This document shows positions 7,287 to 17,604 of a stretch of DNA of 64,000 nt, in pieces. Position 1 is the stretch's first letter. Each line of letters starts with the position of its first letter. The stretch lies in the NCBI GenBank assembly GCA_045544215.1, contig JAZPYM010000076.1, positions 3,171 through 67,170 on the forward strand, read 5' to 3'. The position numbers were made by a program, and so were the translations under genes. The stretch comes from Congzhengia sp. (GTDB lineage: Bacteria; Bacillota; Clostridia; UBA1381; UBA9506). The notes beneath the pieces are model-generated. The model had not been told where the DNA came from. It made no database searches and saw only the letters and a list, made by a program, of their open reading frames with translations.

Positions 7287-7925
7287 ATGAGAAGAAACTT
7301 GAAAAAAACAATTATTTCTGTGATACTCGTTGCAGCAACATTTTTTACATATGGATGCTCTGGGGATGGGGATATCAAAAAAGCGGAAACAACGGCAAAG
7401 GCATACCTGACAGCTGTTTCTGGTTTTAATTTGGATGCCATGGAAACCTATCTTTCGGAGGGAACGAATGAGGATTTTGGCATTGATACCACTGCAATTT
7501 CTAAGGATTATCAGCAGACGGACACTTATAAAAAAGCGGTTGAGTCTATGTTCAAGGCCTTGGGCGGTACGATGGAGTACACCATTAATTCTTCTGAGAA
7601 AATAGATAAGGAAACAGTTGAGATTCGTGCGACCATTAAATATGCGGATGCGAATCAGGAGGCAGTGGACAAATACATGCAGCAGCGGGCAGATGAATAC
7701 GTACAGATGCATCCGGAGTTTTTTTATAAGACAGAGCTTGAACAAAGCGATGTTGGCATCACGGTAATGGCAGATGCCTATAAAACCTTTTTACAAATGC
7801 AGGGAAAACTTTCCCGGGATATTAAAATGACCCTGGTGAAAAAAGACGACATGTGGAAAGTATTAAACGGTGACGAGAATCGTGACTTGGTTAATCTTTT
7901 CTCAGATATATTTGGAACATATTGA
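7287..7925 (+). CDS. Putative lipoprotein
   Basis: The signal peptide plus lipobox is VAATFFTYGC. ATG at 7287 follows AAGGGAG. The ORF track starts it at an upstream TTG (7278). Confidence 0.7.
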   Translation: MRRNLKKTIISVILVAATFFTYGCSGDGDIKKAETTAKAYLTAVSGFNLDAMETYLSEGTNEDFGIDTTAISKDYQQTDTYKKAVESMFKALGGTMEYTINSSEKIDKETVEIRATIKYADANQEAVDKYMQQRADEYVQMHPEFFYKTELEQSDVGITVMADAYKTFLQMQGKLSRDIKMTLVKKDDMWKVLNGDENRDLVNLFSDIFGTY

Positions 7926-7930
7926 TATTA

Positions 7931-7961
7931 AAACGGGGACGGTGTTAGCCGTCCCTTTTTT
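7931..7961 (+). terminator. Intrinsic terminator
   Basis: GGGACGGtgttagCCGTCCC followed by TTTTTT. Confidence 0.7.
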
Positions 7962-8004
7962 GTTTTTCTTTTCCCTTTTATTTGCAATTTTCTCATAATT
8001 TATC

Positions 8005-8033
8005 TTGAATCGCTTGATGATTTATGATATACT
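8005..8033 (+). promoter_or_regulatory. Candidate sigma-70 promoter upstream of tgt
   Basis: TTGAAT, 17 nt, TGa-TATACT (extended -10). Confidence 0.5.
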
Positions 8034-8074
8034 GTTACTGTATGTAAATGTAATCATTTTTGGAGCGTATAGCC

Positions 8075-9199
8075 ATGTTTAAAATATTAAAGACCGAGGG
8101 TCGCGCCCGCCGGGGTGAATTTCATACGCCTCACGGTGTTGTGCAAACGCCTGTGTTTATGAATGTGGGCACATCGGCAGCCATTAAGGGCGGGATTTCT
8201 TCTCTTGATTTAAAAGAATTAAAGTGCCAGGTGGAACTGTGCAACACCTACCATTTGCATCTGCGTCCTGGAGATGATGTTGTTGCAGCTATGGGCGGTT
8301 TGCACAAGTTTATGAACTGGGATAAACCCATTTTGACAGACAGTGGCGGATTCCAGGTTTTTTCGCTTGCCTCTATTCGCAAAATCAAGGAGGAGGGCGT
8401 ATTTTTCCAGTCCCATATTGACGGACAAAAGATTTTTATGGGACCGGAGGAAAGCATGCAGATTCAGTCCAATCTTGCCTCCACCATTGCCATGGCGTTT
8501 GATGAATGTGCTGATTCCACGCTTCCAAAGGAATATATTCGTGAGAGCGTGGCACGAACAGAACGCTGGCTCCAGCGTTGCAAGACGGCTTTGGACCGCT
8601 TAAATCTTACTTCCATTAACAAAGAGCAAATGTTGTTTGGAATTAATCAGGGCGGTATTTACGATGATATTCGCATTGAAAATATGAAAAAAATTGCCAA
8701 GCTGGATTTGCCGGGTTACGCAATCGGCGGTCTGGCAGTGGGGGAAACAGCAGAGGAGATGTATCATATACTGGATGTAACACTCCCTTTTGCACCCGAA
8801 AACAAACCCCGCTATCTGATGGGCGTGGGCACACCCACCAATATCATAGAAGGCGTTGCCCGGGGCATTGACTTTTTTGATTGTGTTATGCCCAGCCGAA
8901 ATGCACGCCATGGGCATCTTTTTACATCAAACGGCATAATCAATATAATAAACGCAAAATATCAAAAGGACCCGTTGCCAATTGATGTTAATTGCGATTG
9001 CCCTGCTTGTCGGAATCATTCCAGAAGCTATATCAGGCATTTGTTTAAATCGGGAGAAATGCTGGGCATGCGCCTTGCAGTGATCCATAATCTTTATTTT
9101 TATAATCAGCTGACCGAAAATATCCGAAAAGCGCTGGAAGAAAATCGCTTTGAAGAATTTCGTCAGATTTATTCTCCGCTTTTAAGCAAGCGGATTTAA
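8075..9199 (+). CDS. tgt: Queuine tRNA-ribosyltransferase
   Basis: [33 protein letters not shown]...DSGGFQV...the Zn site CDCPAC..H. ATG at 8075 has an SD 9 nt upstream. Confidence 0.93.
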   Translation: MFKILKTEGRARRGEFHTPHGVVQTPVFMNVGTSAAIKGGISSLDLKELKCQVELCNTYHLHLRPGDDVVAAMGGLHKFMNWDKPILTDSGGFQVFSLASIRKIKEEGVFFQSHIDGQKIFMGPEESMQIQSNLASTIAMAFDECADSTLPKEYIRESVARTERWLQRCKTALDRLNLTSINKEQMLFGINQGGIYDDIRIENMKKIAKLDLPGYAIGGLAVGETAEEMYHILDVTLPFAPENKPRYLMGVGTPTNIIEGVARGIDFFDCVMPSRNARHGHLFTSNGIINIINAKYQKDPLPIDVNCDCPACRNHSRSYIRHLFKSGEMLGMRLAVIHNLYFYNQLTENIRKALEENRFEEFRQIYSPLLSKRI

Positions 9200-9216
9200 T
9201 GATTGAGGTATTTGCT

Positions 9217-9873
9217 ATGTTCAAACGATTGAGAGAGGACATTAGGACAATTAAAGACCGCGACCCTGCAGCAAGAAACGCAGTGGAGATTTTTTTCATG
9301 TATTCCGGCCTGCATGCAATTTGGTGGTATCGGGCAGCCCATTGGTGTTATTGCCACAAAATGTTTGGCCTGGCACGCTTTTTGTCCCAGAGTGGCAGAT
9401 TTTGGACGGGAATAGAAATCCATCCCGGAGCCACCATTGGCAAGGGACTTTTTATTGACCATGGAATGGGCGTTGTCATTGGCGAAACCACAGAAATCGG
9501 CGACAATGTTACCATTTACCAGGGCGTTACCTTAGGGGGAACGGGAAAGGATGTAGGAAAGCGTCACCCCACCATCGGCAACAATGTACTGATTGGTTCG
9601 GGAGCCAAGGTGTTGGGCCCCTTTACTGTGGGCGACAATTCCAAAATTGCAGCAAACGCGGTTGTTCTTTCAGAAATTCCACCCAATTCCACTTGCGTGG
9701 GTGTTCCTGCCCGTGTGGTTAAAATTGGCGATAAGCGTGTTTGCCCCGAAGATTTAGACCAGATTCACATTCCGGACCCTGTTTCTATGGAACTTTGCAA
9801 GCTGACGGCGCGTATTGACAAATTGGAAAAGAAATTGCGAGAGGAACAGACAACAAAGGAGGAAACTCTGTGA
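9217..9873 (+). CDS. cysE: Serine O-acetyltransferase
   Basis: DRDPAARN, hexapeptide repeats ([38 protein letters not shown]). It is adjacent to cysS. Confidence 0.9.
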   Translation: MFKRLREDIRTIKDRDPAARNAVEIFFMYSGLHAIWWYRAAHWCYCHKMFGLARFLSQSGRFWTGIEIHPGATIGKGLFIDHGMGVVIGETTEIGDNVTIYQGVTLGGTGKDVGKRHPTIGNNVLIGSGAKVLGPFTVGDNSKIAANAVVLSEIPPNSTCVGVPARVVKIGDKRVCPEDLDQIHIPDPVSMELCKLTARIDKLEKKLREEQTTKEETL

Positions 9874-11273
9874 AATTATATAACACATTAACCAGAAAAA
9901 AAGAAGAATTCATACCACTGGAGCCGGGAAAGGTAAAGATGTATTCCTGCGGACCCACGGTGTATAATTATTTTCATATCGGCAATGCTCGTCCTTTTAT
10001 CATTTTTGATTCTCTCAGACGGTATTTAGAGTACACTGGCTATGAAGTTACCTTTGTGCAGAATTTTACCGATATCGACGATAAGATGATTAAAAATGCC
10101 AACGAGCAGGGCATTACTGTCAAGGAATTGGCAGACCGCTTTATTGCAGAATATTTCAAGGATGCTAAGGGCCTGGGCATTAAAGAAGCAACCATTCATC
10201 CCAAAGCTACAGAAAATATAGATGCCATTATCAAGACGGTAAAAACCCTTGTAGATAACGGCTATGCATATGAATCAAACGGCGATGTTTATTTTGAAAC
10301 CAAAAAGTTTAAAGAGTACGGAAAGCTTTCCAAACAACCGTTGGAGGACCTGGAAGCAGGCGCACGGATTGATGTGACAGAAGTGAAGAAAAACCCCACT
10401 GACTTTGCACTTTGGAAAGCGAAGAAAGAAGGAGAACCCTTCTGGGAAAGCCCCTGGAGTGAAGGTCGTCCCGGCTGGCACATTGAGTGCTCTGCTATGG
10501 TTAATAAATATCTGGGTGAAACCATTGACATTCATTCCGGTGGACAGGACTTGATTTTCCCCCACCATGAAAATGAAATTGCACAAAGTGAATGTGCCAA
10601 CGGCAAGCCCTTTGCGCGCTACTGGTTGCACAACGGATATATCAATGTTGACAACGAAAAAATGTCCAAATCCAAGGGCAACTTTTTCACGGTTCGTGAT
10701 GTGGCAAAAAAATATGATTACGAGGTTATTCGTTTCTTTATGCTCAGCGCACACTACAGAAGCGTGATTAATTTTGCAGACGAATTGTTGGCGCAGTCCA
10801 AAGCAGGTCTTGCCCGGCTTTACAACTGCCTTTATAATTTAGAATTCATGGCAGAAAAATCAAAAAAACGGGAACTTACCGAAACAGAAGTTAAAATAAA
10901 GGAAGAAATTTTGGCATTTCAACAACAGTTCTGTCAGGCAATGGATGATGATTTAAACACGGCAGATGCCATTGCGGCAATGTTTGATCTGGTAAAATAC
11001 TTAAACAGTGCCGAAAAAGAAGTGTGGCCGAAAGATTTGTTTGATACAGCTATCGACCTGCTTCGTGAACTTGGCAATGTTTTGGGAATATTTCAGCGGA
11101 ATCAGGAGGATACTATTCCTGAAGAAGCAAAAGCCTTGATAGCGGAACGAAAAGCAGCCCGGGAAGAAAAGAACTGGGCAAAAGCTGACCAACTTCGTGA
11201 TGATTTGCTTGCCATGGGCATTGAGGTTGCAGACACTCGCCAGGGCATGAAAATCAGAGTGTTGGAGAAATGA
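9870..11273 (+). CDS. cysS: Cysteine--tRNA ligase
   Basis: 467 aa with HIGN and KMSKSKGN class-I motifs. Confidence 0.95.
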   Translation: MKLYNTLTRKKEEFIPLEPGKVKMYSCGPTVYNYFHIGNARPFIIFDSLRRYLEYTGYEVTFVQNFTDIDDKMIKNANEQGITVKELADRFIAEYFKDAKGLGIKEATIHPKATENIDAIIKTVKTLVDNGYAYESNGDVYFETKKFKEYGKLSKQPLEDLEAGARIDVTEVKKNPTDFALWKAKKEGEPFWESPWSEGRPGWHIECSAMVNKYLGETIDIHSGGQDLIFPHHENEIAQSECANGKPFARYWLHNGYINVDNEKMSKSKGNFFTVRDVAKKYDYEVIRFFMLSAHYRSVINFADELLAQSKAGLARLYNCLYNLEFMAEKSKKRELTETEVKIKEEILAFQQQFCQAMDDDLNTADAIAAMFDLVKYLNSAEKEVWPKDLFDTAIDLLRELGNVLGIFQRNQEDTIPEEAKALIAERKAAREEKNWAKADQLRDDLLAMGIEVADTRQGMKIRVLEK

Positions 11274-11686
11274 ATATCAAAACCATCTTAAAGGATGGAA
11301 ACATACCGGATGTGCGGGAGCTGTCCTCTCTTTCCCTGGCGTTTGTGGGGGACAGTGTTTACGAGCTGTTTGTGCGAACAAAAATTCTGCAGGGTGGAAA
11401 TCGCCCTGCAAACGAGCTACATAAAATTGCCGTAGGCTATGTAAAAGCAAAGGCACAGAGCATCGCAATTCGAGGAATTTTAGATGATTTGACAGAAGAA
11501 GAGGTTGCCATTTATAAACGGGGCAGAAATACCCACATTCATACAGTGCCAAAAAATGCCGATATGAATGACTACCGACAGGCAACGGGGCTGGAAGCTT
11601 TGGTGGGATATCTGTATCTTACCGGGCAGACCGAACGACTGGATGCGGTGCTGGAGGCCGCTTTTGCTGCAATTAGCCGGGCGTAG
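11270..11686 (+). CDS. mrnC: Mini-ribonuclease III
   Basis: 138 aa. LAFVGDSVYELFVR is the RNase III-like signature. It has the conserved position directly after cysS. Confidence 0.85.
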   Translation: MNIKTILKDGNIPDVRELSSLSLAFVGDSVYELFVRTKILQGGNRPANELHKIAVGYVKAKAQSIAIRGILDDLTEEEVAIYKRGRNTHIHTVPKNADMNDYRQATGLEALVGYLYLTGQTERLDAVLEAAFAAISRA

Positions 11687-11695
11687 CTCGGAGGA

Positions 11696-12562
11696 ATGAA
11701 TTTGAAACGCAAAAAGCTGCTTTATTTTCTTAGGATTTATGGAGAAATTGTGTTTGGCACGCTGCTTGCCGCCTTGGCAATCAACTTGTTTTTAAAGCCA
11801 CATGCGGTGGTGTCCGGCGGTGCCTCTGGTGTGGCAATTCTGGTGAATCGCTTAACCGGCTTTCCCATTGGCGTTTTTATGCTTTTGGTCAACATTCCCC
11901 TGTTCCTTTTGGGGATTATCTTTATGGGCAAGGGCTTTGGAATCCGCTCCTTTGTGGGCACGGTGCTGTTTTCCGCTTTTACGGATATGACGGCGGTGCT
12001 TCCCGGTCTTACTGAGAATATGATGATGGCATCGGTGTTTGGCGGCTTTTTGTTTGGTATTGGATTTGGCGTTCTTTTTGTGGCAGGTGCCACAAGTGGC
12101 GGCACAGATATTTTGGCAGTTTTAGGGCATAAGGCGGTGCCTGCTATTGATGTTGGAAAATGGATATTTTTTATAGACTTTGTGATTATTTCCGTTGGTG
12201 CATACTTTTTTCGCAACACTGAGTTGGTGCTGGCAGGTATATTAACACTGTTTATCAGTGTGACGGCAGTAGATTATGTGATTTCCGGTGCCAATATTGC
12301 AAAAATTGTATACATTGTTTCAGATAAAAGCGAAATCATTGCAGAGGAAATTATGAAACGGGTGGCGCGGGGCGTCACAGGGATTTATACCCGCGGGATG
12401 TATGTGAAGGAAAACCGAACCATGCTAATGTGTGTTGTGAAACGGTTTGAACTCCGGAAACTGGAGCAAATCGTAAACGAAAACGACCCGAATGCGTTTT
12501 TGATTTATGCACAGGCACGCCGTGTAGCAGGGGAAGGTTTTACGATAAATTCATCACAATAA
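11696..12562 (+). CDS. YitT-family membrane protein (C-terminal DUF2179-type domain)
   Basis: 288 aa, multi-TM with GGTD motifs, and a soluble C-terminal domain. Confidence 0.8.
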   Translation: MNLKRKKLLYFLRIYGEIVFGTLLAALAINLFLKPHAVVSGGASGVAILVNRLTGFPIGVFMLLVNIPLFLLGIIFMGKGFGIRSFVGTVLFSAFTDMTAVLPGLTENMMMASVFGGFLFGIGFGVLFVAGATSGGTDILAVLGHKAVPAIDVGKWIFFIDFVIISVGAYFFRNTELVLAGILTLFISVTAVDYVISGANIAKIVYIVSDKSEIIAEEIMKRVARGVTGIYTRGMYVKENRTMLMCVVKRFELRKLEQIVNENDPNAFLIYAQARRVAGEGFTINSSQ

Positions 12563-12581
12563 AGAAAGGAGCTGTAATTTC

Positions 12582-13430
12582 TTGGACAGAAACAGAATTA
12601 CAGAATTGAAGAAAATTGCTGCAAATGTAAGAAAAAATGCACTGACAGCTGTGCATGCTGCCGCTTCGGGACACCCGGGAGGCTCTCTTTCCATTGCAGA
12701 CATACTCACACTTTTGTATTTTGAGGTTATGAATATTGACCCGGAGAATGCAAAAAATCCTGACCGTGACCGGTTTGTTTTATCAAAAGGACATTGCGCC
12801 CCGGCACTTTACGGTGTTTTGGCAGAGCGTGGATTTTTGCCGAGAGAAGAAATGAAAAATCTTCGCAAAACCGGCAGCTGCCTGCAGGGACATCCTGACA
12901 TGAAAAGCGTTCCCGGTGTGGACATGTCCAGCGGTTCGTTGGGACAAGGTGTTTGCGCTGCGAATGGAATGGCACTGGCAGGAAAAATTGACAAAAAGGA
13001 CTATCGTGTTTACACCATTTTAGGCGATGGCGAATTGGAAGAAGGACAAGTTTGGGAAGCAGCTATGTATGCGCCCCATTACAAGTTGGACAACATTACC
13101 CTTTTTGTCGACTTTAACGGCTTGCAGATTGACGGAAACATCACAGATGTTATGTCGCCGCTTCCTATTGATGAAAAGTTTTTGGCGTTTGGCTGGCATG
13201 TAATTGTTTGTGACGGACATGATTATGAAGCAATGCTTGCGGCAATTCATGAGGCACAAAAAACCAAAGGAAAGCCCACGGCGATTATTCTGAAAACCGT
13301 TAAGGGTAAAGGCGTTTCCTTTATGGAAAACAACGCTGCATGGCACGGCTCAGCACCCAACGACGAACAGTATGCGCAAGCAATTTCAGAACTTGATGCA
13401 GAAATTGCGCGTTTAAAGGAGGAAGCATAA
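12582..13430 (+). CDS. Transketolase, N-terminal (TPP-binding) subunit
   Basis: SGHPGGSLS and GDGELEEGQVWEA. A split tkt is typical of Clostridia. Confidence 0.9.
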   Translation: MDRNRITELKKIAANVRKNALTAVHAAASGHPGGSLSIADILTLLYFEVMNIDPENAKNPDRDRFVLSKGHCAPALYGVLAERGFLPREEMKNLRKTGSCLQGHPDMKSVPGVDMSSGSLGQGVCAANGMALAGKIDKKDYRVYTILGDGELEEGQVWEAAMYAPHYKLDNITLFVDFNGLQIDGNITDVMSPLPIDEKFLAFGWHVIVCDGHDYEAMLAAIHEAQKTKGKPTAIILKTVKGKGVSFMENNAAWHGSAPNDEQYAQAISELDAEIARLKEEA

Positions 13431-13432
13431 TC

Positions 13433-14368
13433 ATGGCAAAAACAGCAACGAGAGAAGCTTACGGACAAGCGTTAGCAGAGTTTGGCGATACATATGATAT
13501 TGTGGTACTGGATGCGGATTTATCAAAATCCACCAAAACCGACACCTTTAAAAAGAAATTCCCGGACCGCTTTTTTAACACGGGTATTGCAGAAGCAAAC
13601 ATGATGTCTACAGCAGCGGGACTAGCTGCTTGCGGCAAAATCGTGTTTGCTAGCTCCTTTGCGATGTTTGCGGCAGGCAGAGCGTTTGAACAAATTCGCA
13701 ACGGCATTTGCTATCCCAAATTGAATGTTAAAATCGGTGCAACCCATGCCGGCATTTCTGTGGGTGAGGACGGTGCAACTCACCAGTGTTTAGAGGATAT
13801 TGGCATTATGCGCACCATTCCCAATATGGTCATTTTAAACCCTGCTGACAAGGCAGAATCCATTTTGGCAGTAGAGGCAGCGATCAAGCATGAAGGCCCT
13901 GTGTATCTCCGGTTTGGAAGATTAGCAGTGCAGGATATTTTTGACAGAGAAACTTACAAATTTGAAATCGGCAAAGGTGTTGAACTGGTTTCCGGTAGTG
14001 ATGTTACCATTATTGCAACAGGACTTATGGTGCCGGAGGCGCTTGCTGCTGCTGAACAGTTAAAAGCAGAGGGCATTTCCGCTCGCGTAATCAACATGGC
14101 AACCATTAAGCCGATTGATGCAGAAATTATTACAAAAGCAGCAAAGGAAACCGGTGCTATCGTAACCGCTGAGGAGCACAATGTTATCGGCGGCTTGGGC
14201 AGCGCAGTTGCAGAAGTGCTTTGTGACACATGTCCCGTTCCTATGAAACGCGTAGGTACACAGGATGTGTTTGGTCAATCAGGCAAACCGGCAGAGTTGC
14301 TGGAGCTTTATGGCCTGACGGCAGAAAACATTGTAAAACAGGCAAAAGAAGCAATTAAAATGAAATAA
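13433..14368 (+). CDS. Transketolase, C-terminal (pyrimidine-binding) subunit
   Basis: 311 aa with GIAEANMMSTAAGLA and THAGISVGEDGATHQ. Confidence 0.9.
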   Translation: MAKTATREAYGQALAEFGDTYDIVVLDADLSKSTKTDTFKKKFPDRFFNTGIAEANMMSTAAGLAACGKIVFASSFAMFAAGRAFEQIRNGICYPKLNVKIGATHAGISVGEDGATHQCLEDIGIMRTIPNMVILNPADKAESILAVEAAIKHEGPVYLRFGRLAVQDIFDRETYKFEIGKGVELVSGSDVTIIATGLMVPEALAAAEQLKAEGISARVINMATIKPIDAEIITKAAKETGAIVTAEEHNVIGGLGSAVAEVLCDTCPVPMKRVGTQDVFGQSGKPAELLELYGLTAENIVKQAKEAIKMK

Positions 14369-14374
14369 GAGCAA

Positions 14375-14407
14375 GAAAAAAGAGCTGCTAATTAGCAGCT
14401 CTTTTTT
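14375..14407. terminator. Bidirectional intrinsic terminator
   Basis: aaaaaAGAGCTGCTaattAGCAGCTCTttttt. Confidence 0.7.
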
Positions 14408-14412
14408 GCTTT

Positions 14413-15249
14413 TTATCGGTATACATGAAATCCGTTTCCAACAATTTGCTGGGATTCGGAAAAAATGGTAAATGCATTTTCATCCAGTTCGTCAATTTTC
14501 TTTTGAAATTCCGGCATTTCTTTTTCCTTAATAGCACACATCAGCATATACTTTTTTTCGTTTCTGTATGCGCCCTTAACATCAAACATGGTCACGCCGC
14601 GCGGGGAGGTGGAAATGAGGTGGTTTGCCACATCCGCGCCTTTGTCTGTGATAACAAAGGCAAGCTTTGAAATGTTTAGCTTGCGAATCAAATAGTCAAT
14701 GGAAAAGGATGAAACCATCAGTGCCGTAATGCCAAACAAAATTAAATTGGTATCGCGGAAGACAAACAGCGAAGCCAAAATAACCATTCCATCAATGATT
14801 AACAAAAGCTGACCAATGGACATGTGGGGGAAATAATGCTGAAAGATTCTGCCTACAATATCCGTTCCGCCGGTTGAAGATTTTTGGGAAAAGGTCAGTC
14901 CGATGCCAAAACCGTACAAAGCGCCGCCAAAAACTGTTGCCAAAAGAGGATTGTCGGTTAGGGGCGGCATCCAGGAAAAAACCTCAATAAAGCCGGAAAG
15001 CACCATGGCACAAACAAAAGAGTTTACAATAAACCGCTTTCCTAAAATACATGCACCAATAATGGATAGCAAAATGTTTACCACGGCATAGGTTACAGAA
15101 GCGGGAACGCCAAGCATATAATAAATAATGGTGGAAAAACCGGAAACACCACCGCTGACAACCTTGTTTGGCAAATAAAAAACACTGACTGCCAAGGCGA
15201 CTAAAATGATACCTGCCAATGTAGTCAACGCACTTTTTGTTCTTTTCAA
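14413..15249 (-). CDS. YitT-family membrane protein (paralog of 11696-12562)
   Basis: 278 aa with the same architecture and the shared motifs VVSGG.SG and STGGTDI. Confidence 0.8.
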   Translation of the reverse strand: MKRTKSALTTLAGIILVALAVSVFYLPNKVVSGGVSGFSTIIYYMLGVPASVTYAVVNILLSIIGACILGKRFIVNSFVCAMVLSGFIEVFSWMPPLTDNPLLATVFGGALYGFGIGLTFSQKSSTGGTDIVGRIFQHYFPHMSIGQLLLIIDGMVILASLFVFRDTNLILFGITALMVSSFSIDYLIRKLNISKLAFVITDKGADVANHLISTSPRGVTMFDVKGAYRNEKKYMLMCAIKEKEMPEFQKKIDELDENAFTIFSESQQIVGNGFHVYR

Positions 15250-15424
15250 TGAAATGCCCCCTTAAAAATCCTGTAATGTCTAATTTACAAAAAGCATTAT
15301 ACCACACAAGACAGCGGGATACAATCACTTTTTGTATTATAATCATCTGGTCTGCGCAAGGCAAAGGGAGGTCGTTTTTTTGCAATGCGCAGACACAGAT
15401 AGAGGGGGGCAAATTGTATAACAC

Positions 15425-16228
15425 TTAAATGGCTTTTTTCATTTTCAGTTTAATAGAATCTGAAATCATAGCAATAAATTCACCATTGGTAGGTTTTCCT
15501 TTGTTCGTGTCGATGGTGTAACCGAATATATCGGTCAGAATCTCTTCGCGACCGCGGTTCCAAGCCACCTCAATTGCGTGACGGATGGCGCGTTCTACCC
15601 GTGACGAAGTGGTGCTGAAATTCTTTGCAACAGTGGGGTATAGCATTTTTGTAATGGAATTGATAAATTCATCGTCATGAATGCAAAGATGAATGGCATT
15701 TCTTAAGTAATTGTATCCCTTAATGTGGGCAGGTACGCCAATGTCATGAATAATGTCTGTGATTACACTTTCCAAATTTTCTTCATCTACAGGAGCACGC
15801 ATGCTTTTGGAAACAGAGAGCACCGAAGAATTTCCCTGCAATCCGGCAGGAACATGTAATAGCCCATAGACCTGACGAATGCGTTCTGCAAGAAAGGAGG
15901 CATCGCTGGGTTTCATAATATAATAGTGTGCACCCAAAGAAATTGCTTTTTGTGTCACTTTATCATTGCCAATTGCACTATACATAATATAGCAGGTATT
16001 TTGCAAGTATGGCGTTTTGGAAAGCTTCTCTAAGAGGCCCAGCCCATCCAGCTTTGGCATGACGATATCTAAAATTGCTGCATCCGGTCTTAAGTCGCAA
16101 ATCAGCTGGTATCCGTCTGCTCCGTTGTCGGCAACACCTACCAGTTCAATATCGTCAACGCCTTTAAAATATTCTCTTAATTGATTTTGTACCTCCGGGT
16201 TGTCATCCACTACTACCAGTTTAATCAT
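15425..16228 (-). CDS. spo0A: Sporulation master regulator Spo0A
   Basis: Receiver domain (VVVDDN...DIVMPKLDG) plus the Spo0A-specific C-terminal DNA-binding domain ([19 protein letters not shown]...[16 protein letters not shown]). Confidence 0.95.
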   Translation of the reverse strand: MIKLVVVDDNPEVQNQLREYFKGVDDIELVGVADNGADGYQLICDLRPDAAILDIVMPKLDGLGLLEKLSKTPYLQNTCYIMYSAIGNDKVTQKAISLGAHYYIMKPSDASFLAERIRQVYGLLHVPAGLQGNSSVLSVSKSMRAPVDEENLESVITDIIHDIGVPAHIKGYNYLRNAIHLCIHDDEFINSITKMLYPTVAKNFSTTSSRVERAIRHAIEVAWNRGREEILTDIFGYTIDTNKGKPTNGEFIAMISDSIKLKMKKAI

Positions 16229-16293
16229 GTTTCATTCCTCCTATAAATCTTTTGAATAAATGGAAATATTTTACAATTTTTTATCCTGAACAC

Positions 16294-16322
16294 ATTATAG
16301 CATGTTTATTTTTATATTTCAA
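16294..16322 (-). promoter_or_regulatory. Sigma-70-type promoter upstream of spo0A
   Basis: On the minus strand: TTGAAA (16322-16317), 17 nt, TATAAT (16299-16294). Confidence 0.55.
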
Positions 16323-16435
16323 GTACTTTTTACCATTTTTTGTAAATTATTTGGAAGAATATGGAATGTGTTTCACGATTCTACAGAATACAACGGGATT
16401 TGCCAAAAGTGATGTGACAATATGACACAAATTGT

Positions 16436-16476
16436 GACAAAAAAAGAGCACCCGGCACACATGCCAGATGCTCTTT
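16436..16476 (-). terminator. Intrinsic terminator after rpoD
   Basis: The minus strand reads AGAGCATCTGGCAtgtgTGCCGGGTGCTCT followed by a T-run. Confidence 0.55.
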
Positions 16477-16485
16477 CTTTATTGT

Positions 16486-17604
16486 TTACTCTAAATAATC
16501 CTTTAATTTTTTACTTCTGCTTGGGTGGCGCAATTTTCTTAATGCCTTTGCTTCAATCTGACGAATACGCTCGCGGGTTACATCAAATTCCTTGCCAACC
16601 TCTTCCAAGGTTCTCGCGCGACCATCTTCCAGGCCAAACCGCAGCTTCAGCACCATAGATTCTCTGGGAGAAAGGGTGTCTAAAACATTTCCCAGCTGCT
16701 CCTTTAATAGCATAAAGGATGCTGCCTCAGACGGTGCAGGTGCATCGTCATCAGGGATAAAGTCACCCAGGTGGCTGTCTTCTTCCTCGCCAATGGGCGT
16801 TTCCAGAGAAACAGGTTCCTGCGCAATCTTCATAATCTCGCGCACCTTGTCAATGGACATATTCAGTTCCTTTGCGATTTCATTGGGGTGGGGGTCACGG
16901 CCCAATTCCTGTACCAACTGACGAGAAACACGAATCAGCTTGTTGATGGTTTCTACCATGTGAACTGGGATACGAATGGTTCTTGCCTGGTCTGCAATGG
17001 CGCGGGTAATAGACTGGCGAATCCACCAGGTTGCATAGGTACTGAATTTATAGCCCTTTTCATAATCAAACTTTTCAACGGCTTTAATCAAGCCCAGGTT
17101 ACCCTCCTGAATTAAGTCCAAAAACAGCATGCCACGGCCAACATAACGCTTTGCAATGGAAACAACCAGACGAAGATTTGCCTCTGCCAAACGCTTTCTT
17201 GCGGTAACATCGCCCTCGGACATTCGTTTTGCCAAATCCATTTCTTCTTCTGCATCCAGAAGGGGCACCTTGCCGATTTCCTTAAGGTACATTTTAACAT
17301 GGTCGTCAATGGAAACGCCCTCTGCAGAGGAAATTTCCATGACTTCGGCATTGATATCCATATCCTCGGGGGGTTTAATTTCTTCAAACTCCTCTTCGAT
17401 TTTTTCCATTTCCTTGTCCAAATCGGAAACCACTTCAATGCCTTCCCGTTCCAAAACCTCATAGATGTTTTCAATCTGGTCCGGCTCCATCTCGATTTCG
17501 GACAATGAATCCATAATCTCCTTATAAGACAAAATACCGTTGACACGACCTTTTGCGGTTAGCTTGGAAACGGCATCCAATTTCTTTTGTTCCATCTCAG
17601 TCAA
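16486..17604 (-). CDS. rpoD: Primary RNA polymerase sigma factor
   Basis: 372 aa with an acidic region 1, region 2 [24 protein letters not shown], and a region 4 HTH. Confidence 0.95.
   Translation of the reverse strand: MTEMEQKKLDAVSKLTAKGRVNGILSYKEIMDSLSEIEMEPDQIENIYEVLEREGIEVVSDLDKEMEKIEEEFEEIKPPEDMDINAEVMEISSAEGVSIDDHVKMYLKEIGKVPLLDAEEEMDLAKRMSEGDVTARKRLAEANLRLVVSIAKRYVGRGMLFLDLIQEGNLGLIKAVEKFDYEKGYKFSTYATWWIRQSITRAIADQARTIRIPVHMVETINKLIRVSRQLVQELGRDPHPNEIAKELNMSIDKVREIMKIAQEPVSLETPIGEEEDSHLGDFIPDDDAPAPSEAASFMLLKEQLGNVLDTLSPRESMVLKLRFGLEDGRARTLEEVGKEFDVTRERIRQIEAKALRKLRHPSRSKKLKDYLE

Noticed and set aside
7254-7745. 163-aa minus-strand ORF overlapping the lipoprotein gene
   Set aside because: The plus-strand ORF has a signal peptide, lipobox, SD and terminator. 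The antisense ORF is Cys/Arg/Ile-rich with no start context.
17112-17546. 144-aa minus-strand alternative-frame ORF within rpoD
   Set aside because: It is on the same strand as rpoD but out of frame, and it is Trp/Lys-rich. The rpoD frame carries all the sigma-70 regions.
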